NCBI GenBank assembly: GCA_002633005.1 | Contig: NMRA01001168.1 | Span: 1-44,305 of the forward strand | Source of the DNA: Phoronis australis | Taxonomy: Eukaryota > Animalia > Phoronida | Direction of reading: 5' to 3' | Length of the DNA stretch: 44,305 nucleotides | Shown: positions 1-11,632 of the stretch, one piece after another | How the letters are laid out: every line of letters begins with the position of its first letter | Position numbering within the stretch: position 1 is the stretch's first letter | The notes under the pieces: model-generated | Database searches by the model: none | What the model was told of the DNA's origin: nothing | The model's input: the letters and a program-made list of their open reading frames with translations, nothing else | Translations under genes and position numbers: made by a program

Positions 1-2749
1 ACTTTTTATAGCGACGTACAATTCAGTTAATGTTAAGAATATAGCAATAATAATTATAAACACGAATTTAGAGCATGTTGTTCAGATTGGTTGAGACCTT
101 GCAATTTACACTTTAAAGTTGTTAAGTAGTTTTGTAACAGTATGATTTGTATTTGGTGTTTAGTTTTGTAAAAGACTTGGGTCAGTCTTTGGGGGCCGGT
201 GTAAGATACTTCACGTTTGTTTTCTCCGGGTGGCTCATGGTCACGTGTATATTCAAGGCTGAATAGACTGAATGTAATTTGCATATGACCTGACACTCAT
301 TTCAGTATAAGTGTTGTGCGCTGACTCGATTTACTGACATTGTGGCAGTGCATATTTGGCGTCAGTGAGGAGAGCCAGGGAGCGGCAGTATTGAGAAATG
401 AAACAGAGAAGAACTGTGAAAATGTCAATTAGAAATGTTTCACGTCTCTCAATAAAGCACTTTTAAAAGATGTAACTCCTCTTGACTTGCCAAACACTCA
501 CAATGTGTTTACTTCATTAGAAACCGCCCAGGGTCGCCGGTCATTAAAATCAGGCTACACATGTATTTTCACATAACCTAAAAACATCCATTCTTCGTAA
601 TCTATATACTCTGTTTATAGCATAAAATGATTATTTTTATCAGCCTTGCCAAGGGTGGACGCGGTCAGGTGGATCCTGAGGCCAAGGAAGTAATGCTCAA
701 CAGTGCCATTGATTGGCAAAGAATTTAGCTCATTTACGAGAGTAATTTGATTGGTATTTACGTGTAAAACCAAGCTTTTTTGTTTAAGTTCGTCTACGGA
801 GCATTGCAGTATAAGCAATTAGATATATTTTTGAATTAGAGGTCCTTTCTAAAGGTATAGGAGTTTGTTACAAATAGTTTTAGGCGTATCTGGTCTTTGT
901 TGTTAAGGAATCTCATTAGCTTTCTTGAAAATTATCTGCCCCTCTATTTTTTACAATTGTTTAGAATAACAAAATATATATGATTCCTGGTCATTTTACA
1001 ATCTCCAGCAGCCTTGACTTTCAAATCACAGCATATGTCAATGAATGGTGTATAACAAGAATCTTTATAAAGTTCATTATGATTAGCAAAAACGATACCA
1101 GTTTCAGCGGCTAAACCGCTATCAACAACGCTAGCGTTTTAGCCAGACATACCCGATTCGCATGCTGGCTGACACGACAGTGCTCATGGACGAGTATGCA
1201 CGAGAGGATTTTCAGAGGGCAGTGCACGTTTAGAAAATACTTTCGACAATCCCATCCTAACGGATCTGGTGCCGATCAGAGAGACAACACATACATGTAC
1301 TTGTACAATTCACGATGAGGTCCAAAGTTTTTTTCCCTGTCTACATACTTGAAGGCTTGTAGCAGATTTACGCTTCATGCTGCCTGTTTTTTATGTTTTA
1401 TTTGGAGGTGCATTCATAGACATCAGACTTTGTCACACACACGGTCTACACGTTTACATGTGTGAGCTTGACAACGGATGAAATGCCTCTGTATAAATGT
1501 AAAGAACTGTCCCTGAAGTTGCACTAAACTGCTCAAAAAAACCAAGGGAGGAAGAGTGTCGCTTAGCAATTCTAAATACTTCAAGCATTTTTAGAATGTA
1601 GAGCTGAAATCTAAGATGTCACGTATGCTACAATTACCGGGGCAGCGCGCCAAATGGGTTTTTTTAAAATCAAATTATAGAAAACAAATTCAAAACAAAT
1701 CTGATTAATTTGAAAGCATCATAACAGAGAAATCGCTGATGGAATTCCGATGACACTTTCGGAATCCATTGTCGCTGGAAAGGGTATTGTTTTTGAAATG
1801 TTTTACATTGCATCAGAAGATATAATAATTAGTTTTTATGCATGATATGAAATTTAATTGTGTAGAAAACCGCTAAAGTCCTTTGGAGACTTACATGTGT
1901 TGTGGTGAACAAACAAAATTAAACAGAAAAAATTGTGTCTTTTTTTCTTTCAGTCCTGTTTCGCGCAAGAAGCAACACTCATCACTACACTCCCAGAGGA
2001 GAAGTGAAACAATAAACGATAATGTTTGAGCCTTAACACAACAGTTAATGATCTTTGAGCAGAGTTATTTAAGCAATTCACGAATTTTTCCAAGAGGTTT
2101 CTTTGCAGATTTCCTAATAGTCTTTTGACTACTAATGCCATTATTGGAGTCCAAAAGCTCAGAATCTTGATATGTGTAATCAGATTTGCGAGACACTACA
2201 GAATTATCACATTTACGAACGCTGCTCTCCATAGGGTATAGCAACGACCGTGGGCGATTTAAAGTTTTTTGAGACGGTAATACTACTTTAGCAGCCTTCA
2301 TTTCAACATCACATCTTTTTAACAATTTTTGATAAGCCCTGTTTTCCACATTCCACGGGTTGTCCACTGTCTTTTATGAGCACAACATCAGCAAGAGAGT
2401 GTGATTTCTTTGCCTGGACTTTTGGCGCCTTTAAATGTGTTTATGTTCTTTCACAGAGGCTAAGTAGATAATCGTTTTTCCAAATTTGCCAAAACTAGTT
2501 AAGCATGTGTTGGCGTCGTTTCAACATTTTCAGGAGTTCAGACTCGCTACTGACCCTTTTCAAATAGTCACGCTCTTCAGTGTCATCGTCTGACTGAGCT
2601 GGGAATGCTACATCGGGGTTGTTGCGTGATAGGGGATTTTGAGCCAACAGGTTTGCTTCATATACATGTAGCATGTTTGTTGCGACAATATCACTGTTAG
2701 CACATTTTTCGATATCTGGCGTAAGTTGTGGTAAATTCCACGTCGACCC

Positions 2750-3900
2750 AGCTTTTGAGGAGTTTTAAGCCACCGTGACGCCTGCCACCAGATCTCACAT
2801 TTGTTCAGTTATCACCTGTCATTCCTCGCGCCGCTGTATCAACAGATTGTTCTTTGTGTTGACGCATCGGAAAGTGAAATTGTGCGACTATGATTTCTCT
2901 GAAACGGTTTTTCACAAATACAGATAGCGGTATTTTCATGTCAATCCAATTTAGATCACATTGGGAATCAGTCCACAACACGGTCGTCCCCATGGCAAGA
3001 TTCAGTTGCTTTTAAACAAAGTTGAGAGCTCTTACGTCTATGGTAACATTCAAGAGTACAACTCTTGGCATGGTTATTGGAGCTAGTCGTGTTGGAATAA
3101 AGCAGATTTACAGCTCCGTTTTCATCACAGGAGACGCTCAGGTGCACCGTGACAGCATACATTTATGCCTTTTTAGAAGCTTCACAAAATCGTACTGTGG
3201 TTGAGAATTACAGTCTGGTAATCCGGTATAGTGTGGAATTTCATTAATTGAGAACTTCGACGGTTTTAGCCACTGCCCTTTGAGTTCATCAGGCAGCTCA
3301 TTGTCCCAGTCTTATCGAGGGCGAAAGGATTGCAGGCAGATCTTTGCAGCTAGGGTCACTTGTGTGATATAGCCTAAAGAGTCTTAGATTGAGCTGATTT
3401 GCCGCAGGATTTCCACTTTGCTTTTCACTTGATCTTCACTGTTTCCTGTAGGACAGAAAGAGACTCTATCGTTCCAGTAGATACCAAGAAGTTTCATTCC
3501 GTCACATTTAGCTCTGTCTTCATTAGGTATACTCGTTAGGAAGTTCTCGTCATTAGAGTACCATTTCTATTAGGTTTTTCATTTTTGAACTCTAGTTCAT
3601 AGTTTGAGGGTAGAATCAGTAATCCAGATTCTGTTTGCGTGGCAGAGGTCTCACTGGTGGGTGATCGCCCAGTCAAAATCCATCCAAGTTTTTTAAAAGT
3701 CGATGAGAAATAACCCTACTTGAGTTTTGAGCCTTTTATACCAAGAGCTCATGGTAGAAGTCATTACCTATCAGGACATCGACGGAAGAGACATCTGGTG
3801 ATTTGGGTAGGGTATCAGCTCTGATGTATTTGTTCCATTTTGACGGAAGACTTGTTGATTAACCCTGTAATTTCAGGACGGACATTCACCTCAATTTCCG
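2750..3900 (-). mobile_element. Degenerate BEL/Pao LTR retrotransposon pol remnant (protease region, RNase H region; most of RT deleted)
   Basis: Minus-strand translations give BEL-type motifs in order: DVLIGNDFY, KLGWIL, KLLGIYWN, FCEASKKA, YAVTVHL, LWTDSQ..LNWI..FVKNR..EI, WWQASRWL. Many frameshifts and stops. Boundaries approximate. Confidence 0.8.
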
Positions 3901-4574
3901 GAATATGATGAAGTAGTTGTCACGGGCCTTCACTACTCACTAACATAGGTCGTGTTGGTACAGCTACATGAACACCGAAATGACAAAGACCGCAATAACT
4001 CGCATTGGCTGATTTTGACCTAATCACTGTCCTGGGTTAATTTAATCCCTTATGTGCAAGGCTGTTGCAGACACCTATTGTTATTTTTTTTGGGGGGGTG
4101 TGAAATTTAGCAAATCCGTGCCTTTTACCTTGCTACAACTACCGTAAAAAACCGGAATACCAATAATAACCAAGAAGTGAATGTCACGGTGCAAAAAAGG
4201 AGAACGCCATCTGAATGCATTTCCAGTACATGTACGTCTAAATTCCAAAAATTTAGGTAAAAATGTATCATTTTCAACAAGCTTGTTGGCAATTTTCATT
4301 GATCAAAAGGGTGAATGCAACTGGATTCGTGCCAAGAACTCACAACGCAACAAAGATGTGCTCTCAAAGTGGAGAACTTCCGTATCCAAGTAATCAAGAG
4401 CACAGGTTAAATTTTGTGGGCTCAAAACAACTTCAAGGAACAGGAACTACTGAATACCATTTGTTGCAATCAATTACCGACCTACCCCATTTTTTCATGA
4501 GATACGTGTACCTTTGATGTGGTATTACTTGTAGACCACGAGTCTCGAAGACTGGGAACGCCCACTCTCACTTG

Positions 4575-4717
4575 CATGCACGCACCCAGCCTAAAAAGGA
4601 GGGGCTCTAATGTTTTGGAATGTGGACCTTTAGCTAAAACATAAAATGGGCTACGTTCACTGCTGTGAGTTGTGCATTCGCTCAGTTTAGGTACCTCGTG
4701 CCTTTTCAGTGGTCTTC
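4575..4717 (+). repeat. Dispersed repeat, copy 1 (direct homologue at ~24192-24330)
   Basis: Shared blocks catgYacgcacMcagccta...aatgtggaccttt...tacgttca...ttgtgcattcgct...tgccttttYagtgg. Confidence 0.7.
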
Positions 4718-5859
4718 CAGTGGACCAGCAAAGAGACCCCTCTATATTCGATTTGGCGCAGCTGACTTTTTGATGTCCTACATGCTGCTGTGTTTGTAAG
4801 GAGTCTTAAAGTGCCACAGTCGTGTGCCTGAATACGATGGCAAGCCATTTTGTCACTCATACTAAACTGACAATGGAATTTCCTGGGATTCGGAGTAAAG
4901 GTTGCAAATACCAATTGCCTTTTTCATGAACCGCAAATTTGTTATGGTGTCGTTCGTCGATGATACATGTACCTTTATCTCTGGGTCAGAAACTTCATTT
5001 ATCGATGCCAATGTAGCCTAGTTTAACAAGTGTTATTTCTCCCTCTTGATTTTACGCGATGTTATCAGTATAAAGGAAAGAAAACAAAGTATAAAGGTCG
5101 GGCGCTTTGATAGGTTTTAACAAGACATCACTATGTTACCACTGGTATTTCTCTTATTGGTCAGTTCCCTAAGCGGAACACATGGTAATTACAGGACGTA
5201 AGTGTTGTTTTTTAAATACTAAGGTAAAATATATTAAGAAAAATAGGTGAAGTTAAATCAATCTTCTTCTACTCATTCTTCATACATTATTTTCATTGAA
5301 AGGACATATCGCGGGTGTTTGACGATTTTTAACGCTCCATTGACGTCTCCTCTTGACCTTCCTGGAAGTCATTTCTATAATAAGCTGAAAATAGTCAGCT
5401 GCAAATGATAAGAAATATAGACTGCTCCAGCTGGCCCAATCCATGATCGAGTTATGATCACGTCATTTCAGTTTTGTGATTTGTGTATTAAGCATTCGTT
5501 TATGACTCCAAGTGAGACCCACACCATCTCTTCAACAACCTTGCATTGCAAAGTGTACAGATTTTCGGAAATTTAACTACAAAACGTAAAGGTTTACCAA
5601 ACTTTTGCATTTCATAGTCCCAAATTTGAGATTTCCTCGAGTCACCACCACTTCTGTCGCATTCTGGTAACCGCACCCCGCCACAGGATAAGGATCTAGC
5701 TGCTTGGGGGGGCAAAAAAACCGTTGAGCACCAACCCCCTCGCCAAGGCCCACAAACCCCTCCATCCGGTCTGCACAAAGTTGACACGATCTGATCTCAG
5801 ATTACTTTTCCTTGCTTTTTTGTTATTCAGAGATTCGATTCGGCAGGTTTCATAGGCCA

Positions 5860-6423
5860 AAAAACACAAAAATCAACGCGATCAAATCAAAGACCTAACA
5901 ACGTTACAATTTTTGTTCCCGGCAGAGTGTATTCGTCTCGTTTGCTCTTCAGTGAATGAACAATTAATAAGCTTTTTTCTTCAATAAATTTAATGTGTTA
6001 ACTAAACCAGTATCTCATCCTTATATGGAGTATATTGTAAACGAGTATTCAACAGAAAGCAAATAGTAAAACTATGAAATTATGTACATTCACGTTAATG
6101 TACTTTCTCCCTAACATTGGTAGCCGCTCGTGAAACTTTTTTTCCGTGACAGAGATAGCACTCTCACAATTATGCGCTATTTCACCTCACGTTCTCACGT
6201 CACTTTTTGTTTTAATCACCAGACTTGAGCCAGAACAGACTCGCATATAGATATGTCTTATGGGAAAGTCTTTCAACGACGTATTATGATCATGAAATGT
6301 GTAAAAACCGCTAATATACATTTATTCCCGCAAGTCGTGGGTCAAGGGGTTGAGGGTCGTGGGTCGTGGAATTGTAGGTCGAGGGGGCGTGGACACTGGG
6401 ATTCGAGGGGTTTAAGAGCAATC
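5860..6423 (-). mobile_element. Partial inverted copy of the non-autonomous TIR element at 22437-23574
   Basis: Reverse complement of 6205-6265 matches ~22540-22597 (ttcccataagacata...gcgagtctg...ttaaaac). Reverse complement of 5870-5955 matches ~23252-23345 (tgaagagca.acgaga...tgccgggaac...tctttgatttgat). Ends in ...caatc like the TIR. Confidence 0.7.
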
Positions 6424-7084
6424 ACCGTCTGAGCCCACTAGTGCCGTGTATTGTCAAATGTAACGAACTGTCTGACGTATCAGCTTACTTTTGCCTACGT
6501 CACGGCGAGAAAAACAGATGCCAATATCACTTGCACGCAATGGTGTCCTATTCAGACCCCTATTCAATAGAACTATTATCGGTCCTTTGTTGTTTTTCCT
6601 GGGATCTCTCGGCACAAAAAGGAAGCTTCACCGTTCATTTGACAGGCCTACATTTGCGTGATTGAATTGGCGTTTTCTTACATGTATGTTGCTAACGCTT
6701 TGCTAGGACTAACTGGTTAGCCCAATGCATCTAAAATAACAACTTTCCGTTGAAGTTAAGCTTTAATGAGACATCATTCATGATATTGAAGGAAATGAAT
6801 GCACTCTATCAACACGTGAAACGGAACCTATTGGTTCTTCAGAATGCTTGTTTTCTTACATACTGTACTGTAGTGTTACAGAATGAATTAAATTATAATT
6901 TTATTTTGCGATTCCAAGTACCAGGCTGGAAAAATAGTGTATTGATACCAAGAGGGCCACGTTATGGACGCCGCTCTTGATGTATCGCTTCAGTCTATAT
7001 CATACCGCCGCAGTGCTGATGTAAATCGTGTTTTTGACGTATTCGTAACTGAACAGTTGTGATTGCTTGAGTTGTGTTCTTTAG

Positions 7085-7384
7085 GTGCATGTGCTCATAC
7101 AAAATAGGCAGTGCGACCGGTGACACCATCAACACGGTGCACAGAATTGGCGCCATAACTACATGTAGAGAGGTGGAGCCGCGATGCCCAAATGACTGCA
7201 GAAATAACGCGGAGAAGTTCTTTAAGTTCAGCACTACAGCAGGAAGGAACAAAGTGTGCAGTATTTATGGTGGTTCAAGCATAACAGGGGTTGTTGTTTA
7301 TTCCGGTTCCATTGCGAGTAGTTGCCAAGGTTACGCAAGGTATCAAACTACAATAGGAGAGGGAATCATATGCTGCAAAAGGCC
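7085..7384 (+). CDS. Cys-rich repeat protein, domain exon 1 (phase 2-2, 300 nt, 9 Cys)
   Basis: Acceptor gttctttag|G, donor CC|gtaagt. Encodes CMC...CREVEPRCPNDC...KVC...C...IICCKRP. Confidence 0.85.
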
Positions 7385-8574
7385 GTAAGTATAATATTTT
7401 ATTTAGTAGTGATACATAACATAAACAGTGTGATACATAAGACAATTTTCTTGTTTTCTTCAAAAGCTGAATACCGTATACTACATGTATGTACAACCGA
7501 CAACTATTGGCATGACTGTTTTGCACTAGTTACATGTAGTTTGTCTAAAACCTTATCTAATTGTGAACCTTCCAACAGCACATAAACAAGGAAATTGAGC
7601 ATACATTTCAGGGGCATACAGTCAGGACCGCATTAATATTCCTCGGACTTGAGGCTCCCAGTCTATAAGTAATCTGGGACCCTAGTCGTTACAAGTGCTT
7701 GTAACGAAGATTTTCGTACTGTGCGCACCTCTCTTCTGTCAGCATAACTTTTGAGACCTGCAGTGACGAAGCAGGGTTCCTAATTTGTGCGAGACCCTAT
7801 GCTTTGCTTATTGAGGACTGTGAATTCCCCCGTTTTCACCAAATTTGGATTTATCCTCGCAAGGACGAGACGTGTCCCCTTCTTTGCGCTGGGCCCCATT
7901 CCGTAGCTTACATGCATTTAGCTGCATGACTGGGTGGTGCGGCACTGCATACAGTACTAAACCTAATTAAATAATATATACCAACAACATTTATTGTTTT
8001 CGTAAATCGCACACTCTCAGCCAATGCCCGAGCATCTGAACTTTTTACAACGGTTAGTATCAGATTTGTTAGGCAATTTCTTAAGTAATGATGTCGTCTA
8101 CGTAATTACCAGGCTTTTCGGCCTATATTGAGAGCAATATCATCATAACAATTAGGTAACAAACGAATAAATTACCTCGCTAAGGCGAACTTCTATTTTT
8201 CGAAGAAGAACCGGAAACAGCTTTGTGTCTCGAAATGCCCAAACGTCAAACCGCGCTTAATGTGTGATATTCATTTGGTTTGATCGATCAGGTTTTAAAA
8301 AAGAAAGAATATAACGAAAAAATATGTATAGGCAGTAAGTAGACCAATGCCAAAATTAAGAAAAGTTTCAGCAGAGAGTATATTTCAGTGGTTTTGATGT
8401 AGTTTTCAAGCATTTTCAATTCTGCTTATATGGTTTAAGCACAAATACGTCATTTTAAAAAATATACTGTAGGTAATGAAAAAACATTTTCATAAAGTTA
8501 ACGTGTTGGCTAAGGTTTAAGGTGTTCCGTAACTATTGCTTGATCATTTAAAGTATCGTCCATTGTTATTTCAG

Positions 8575-8868
8575 TTGCAGTGCATGCCGACGGTATTACA
8601 AAGTGGGGTATTCAGCTTACCTTCAATATCTCGACAGTTGGAAACCAAATGTACCAAACAACGACCTCTACTATGCTTGCTTGAGCAGAGGCGAACTGGA
8701 GAATGTCTGTTTCGCCGATTGCAAGAAAGCCATGTCTTCGTTAACACCTCAAAATTTTTGTAACACCGTTAAGAGGCAAATTGGATATCCTGGTGCGACA
8801 TTTGGAGTTTCATTTTCAGCCCCATACTATACGAAGCGGGAGTTGTCAAGTCCGGCGGTCTGCTGTGG
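8575..8868 (+). CDS. Cys-rich repeat protein, domain exon 2 (phase 2-2, 294 nt)
   Basis: Acceptor ttatttcag|T, donor GG|gtaaga. Encodes CSACRRYY...YYAC...VCFADC...FC...AVCCG. Confidence 0.85.
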
Positions 8869-9698
8869 GTAAGAGAACCAGAAAAAGCACATAAAAGCAG
8901 TGCGCGAGCTTTCTTTCACGTCATACATATACTTCATGCAGATGCATGCATGTACATAATGTATCTACAGGTTTCCAAAGATGTTTACATGCATGTAGTG
9001 TTCTTGGGTGGGAACTATCTTTTACAAGAAATATAAATTGATTTTTTTCTTTTTTAGTAGTTTCTTCTCTACCGCGGTAAGAATTCAAGATACATTTACG
9101 TGTAATAATACGTGTAAGAGTATGTTGTCGTTAGCGTAGATGACAGTGTAGTCTTCTTTTGCAGTCGGTGAAAGCCATTATTTTTCGAAATCGTACTGCG
9201 CACAGACACTGCCTTGTCCTTAGATGGGCGGTTAATCAGTCAAATCTCCTAATCCAGTGTATTCAAATGTGCTGTAGGCATACTTTTGCTCTCAACTACA
9301 TCCTCGCTGCAACTATTCACTTAAATCCTCATTTCCTCAGTGTTTACATGTAGCTAGCAAAAACAAAATATTATTCATGGTGCTTACTCTCATTTTGTTC
9401 TTTACCCTGTCATGGATATTCTCGCTTCAGAATTTACTAGAATTGGCTAATCTTAAAATTGAAAATTCACTGTTCGCGACTTGATTCATCGTCTCATTGT
9501 ACAATTCAAGATGACACGAGTGTTAACTTTGGCATGATAGCCCTTTAAGGGTTCAAGTTGGAGATTGGCTTCAGGCCCATTTTTCAACAAGGCAGGGACC
9601 TTGTTTTTGGCCGGGATCTAGGCTATAGTAGTTTTTTAGCATTGTGGAAAACCGAGCACTTTCTCTCAGCATATTTTAAGAGTTCCTCAAATTTTCAG

Positions 9699-10016
9699 GT
9701 GCATATGTGATTTAGAAGCAGTTATCAATGGACAGTCTTCGAGTATGCCGGTTCACCTGCATCAGTCGAAAGAAACAACAACCTTCGACTGCGCTAAACA
9801 GTCTGGGCAATGCAAGGACCATTGTCGTTCAGTGATCGCATCGGCGCTGAACAACAAGAAAGCTACGTTCTCATCCTTTGACCAAGCATCCGGAGACAAA
9901 GTCTGCGGGCTTCTGGGTGAGCACAATTCTGTTAACTCCCCGGGACATGTCGTGTACTCCACCTACAGCTACGGAACTGGATTGAAAAAAGACTATCTGG
10001 GGACAGTTTGTTGTGG
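9699..10016 (+). CDS. Cys-rich repeat protein, domain exon 3 (phase 2-2, 318 nt)
   Basis: Acceptor attttcag|G, donor GG|gtatgt. Encodes CICDLEA...FDCAKQSGQCKDHC...KVCGLLG...DYLGTVCCG. Confidence 0.9.
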
Positions 10017-10361
10017 GTATGTAGCGATTTCAACATTTATATGATAAATGTGTAAAAAAAGTTATCGGAGTTGTGTATCTGACACATGCCCAGAAAAACA
10101 GGCGGACGACCATACGGAAGGGAACGCTGAGTGAGACACAGCTTCAGCGAGAGAAAGAGGGAGAGTTAGAACCGGCAGGGAACTGGGACAGGATAAGGGC
10201 GGGGTGGAAATGTGGACGAGCAGATGCACGACGCAAAAAGGGAGATGCAATCAATTCAAATTTATTTGGGCGACGACCTAAAATGTACACTTGTGAAAAA
10301 TCCAAGTGGACAAAATGAACAACATCTTTGGATTTCAACGGCTAATTGGTTTTAATTCTAG

Positions 10362-10679
10362 GTGCACGTGTGACTTAAAGGCCTCTCTTGCTTCGGGAAA
10401 GCTGGTGGAAGTTCAACTTCCCTTAACGCAGTATTTGAAAACCAAGTTTTACACGTGTCAAAACCAAAAACAAGATTGCTCGAACGACTGCAGGAGTGCT
10501 ATTGGTGCTGTGTTCAACAAAGATAGAACAATGTTTGGGAAGTTTGATGCCAATTCCGGAAGGAAAATGTGTGATCTGGTTTGGAAAAAGAATTTTACTG
10601 CCACTGATATTCCAGTTTACTCACAATACAAGTTCGGACAGATCACTGAAATGGACCCACTAGGAACCGTCTGTTGCGG
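10362..10679 (+). CDS. Cys-rich repeat protein, domain exon 4 (phase 2-2, 318 nt)
   Basis: Acceptor tttaattctag|G, donor GG|gtaaga. Encodes CTCDLKA...FYTCQNQKQDCSNDC...KMC...PLGTVCCG, with an NFT sequon. Confidence 0.9.
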
Positions 10680-11145
10680 GTAAGATCTTGAATTGCATTT
10701 GGTTCATGTTTTAAGAAATGTAATGATGTCATAATCTTGTATTACCTGATCCCAATTTTACAATCGCATTAATGTCATTAAAATGTTTATCCGATTATTG
10801 GCAGAATTTTCATTATGGGTTAAAAATGATTGACTTAACCAAATTATACATTGTGTCAAAATTAAACGAATCAACACGTCAGTAGTAAATGCGTGTGCTC
10901 AATTCGCTGTGAATTTGTTTACATATACATGCTCTGATACACACGGAAAAAGCGAGAAAAGGTAACGATTTTTGAACGTACGGTGATGTATGTGCTATTA
11001 AAGTTCTGTACCCGGATCCAGACTACGTAAAATCACTACTCTTGCTGCACGGTATTAGACTGTTAGGGATAACGATTATCTCAAAAGGATCAACCTGTCG
11101 ATTAAACCATATCGTATGTTTAAAGCAGCCTTAACCACATTCTGG

Positions 11146-11614
11146 TGTTAAGAAACAGTTACCACTACTACAGTTGCTACCATAGCAACGTCACCTTGTT
11201 CTTATAATTTGTGTCGCAGAATGTGTTATTGTGTATTTGCTTCATTTAGTTTAGTCATCGTATTACATCACTTACTGTTGTTGTTTTCTACCACTTTCTT
11301 AGACTAGAAGATTAGTAACACTTTCTGTTCCTAGAACTGTTTGTTTGTCAGCATAGTGCATCTTTATTTGTTCGTTTAATTTGATTGGTTTAATTCGTGT
11401 TTCTCTAGTCTCTATATATATCACTTTCACTTGTATTTCATGTAGTAGCATTAGTAGCATCAGTAGTTTTCATGAGTAGTTCTTTCTTCGCATTGAGAGT
11501 TGTTCTCATCATTCGTTGACAGTCTTCAATATACTAGTCAAGACTCATCTCTTGTGTTCTTGCCTACGAACCACCTCGTACACAGCCGAACCGCATTTTC
11601 CCGTGTGCCCCCCA
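11146..11614 (+). repeat. 5' LTR of BEL element (TG...CA)
   Basis: Starts TGTTAAG and ends CCCA just before the PBS. 11261-11413 is repeated at ~16040-16180. The exact 5' boundary is inferred because the 3' LTR is incomplete. Confidence 0.7.
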
Positions 11615-11619
11615 AATTT

Positions 11620-11632
11620 TGGTGTCGTGACC
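11620..11632 (+). promoter_or_regulatory. Primer binding site, tRNA-His-like
   Basis: TGGTGTCGTGACC immediately after the LTR, one mismatch from TGGTGCCGTGACC (complement of the tRNA-His 3' end). Confidence 0.7.

Noticed and set aside
1377-1481. Hydrophobic short ORF (MLPVFYVLFGGAF...) as signal-peptide exon
   Set aside because: No convincing phase-2 donor and no supporting evidence.
1950-2700. Minus-strand ORFs (e.g. 2065-2367) as a gene
   Set aside because: No recognisable motifs or consistent splice structure. May be TE-derived.
6900-7027. Possible additional decayed domain exon ending ccg cag tgc tga tgtaaat
   Set aside because: Only a vague CC-like end. No recognisable C-x3-C core or acceptor.
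8861-8872. Each Cys-rich ORF ending 'CCG-stop' as a separate small gene (tandem peptide/toxin cluster)
   Set aside because: The stops are the TAA of phase-2 GTAA donors (GG|G TAA). Exon 3 has a GTAT donor at the same position without a stop, and exons 3 and 4 are only 345 nt apart with no leader exon visible. One spliced gene is more parsimonious, though alternative terminal use is not excluded.
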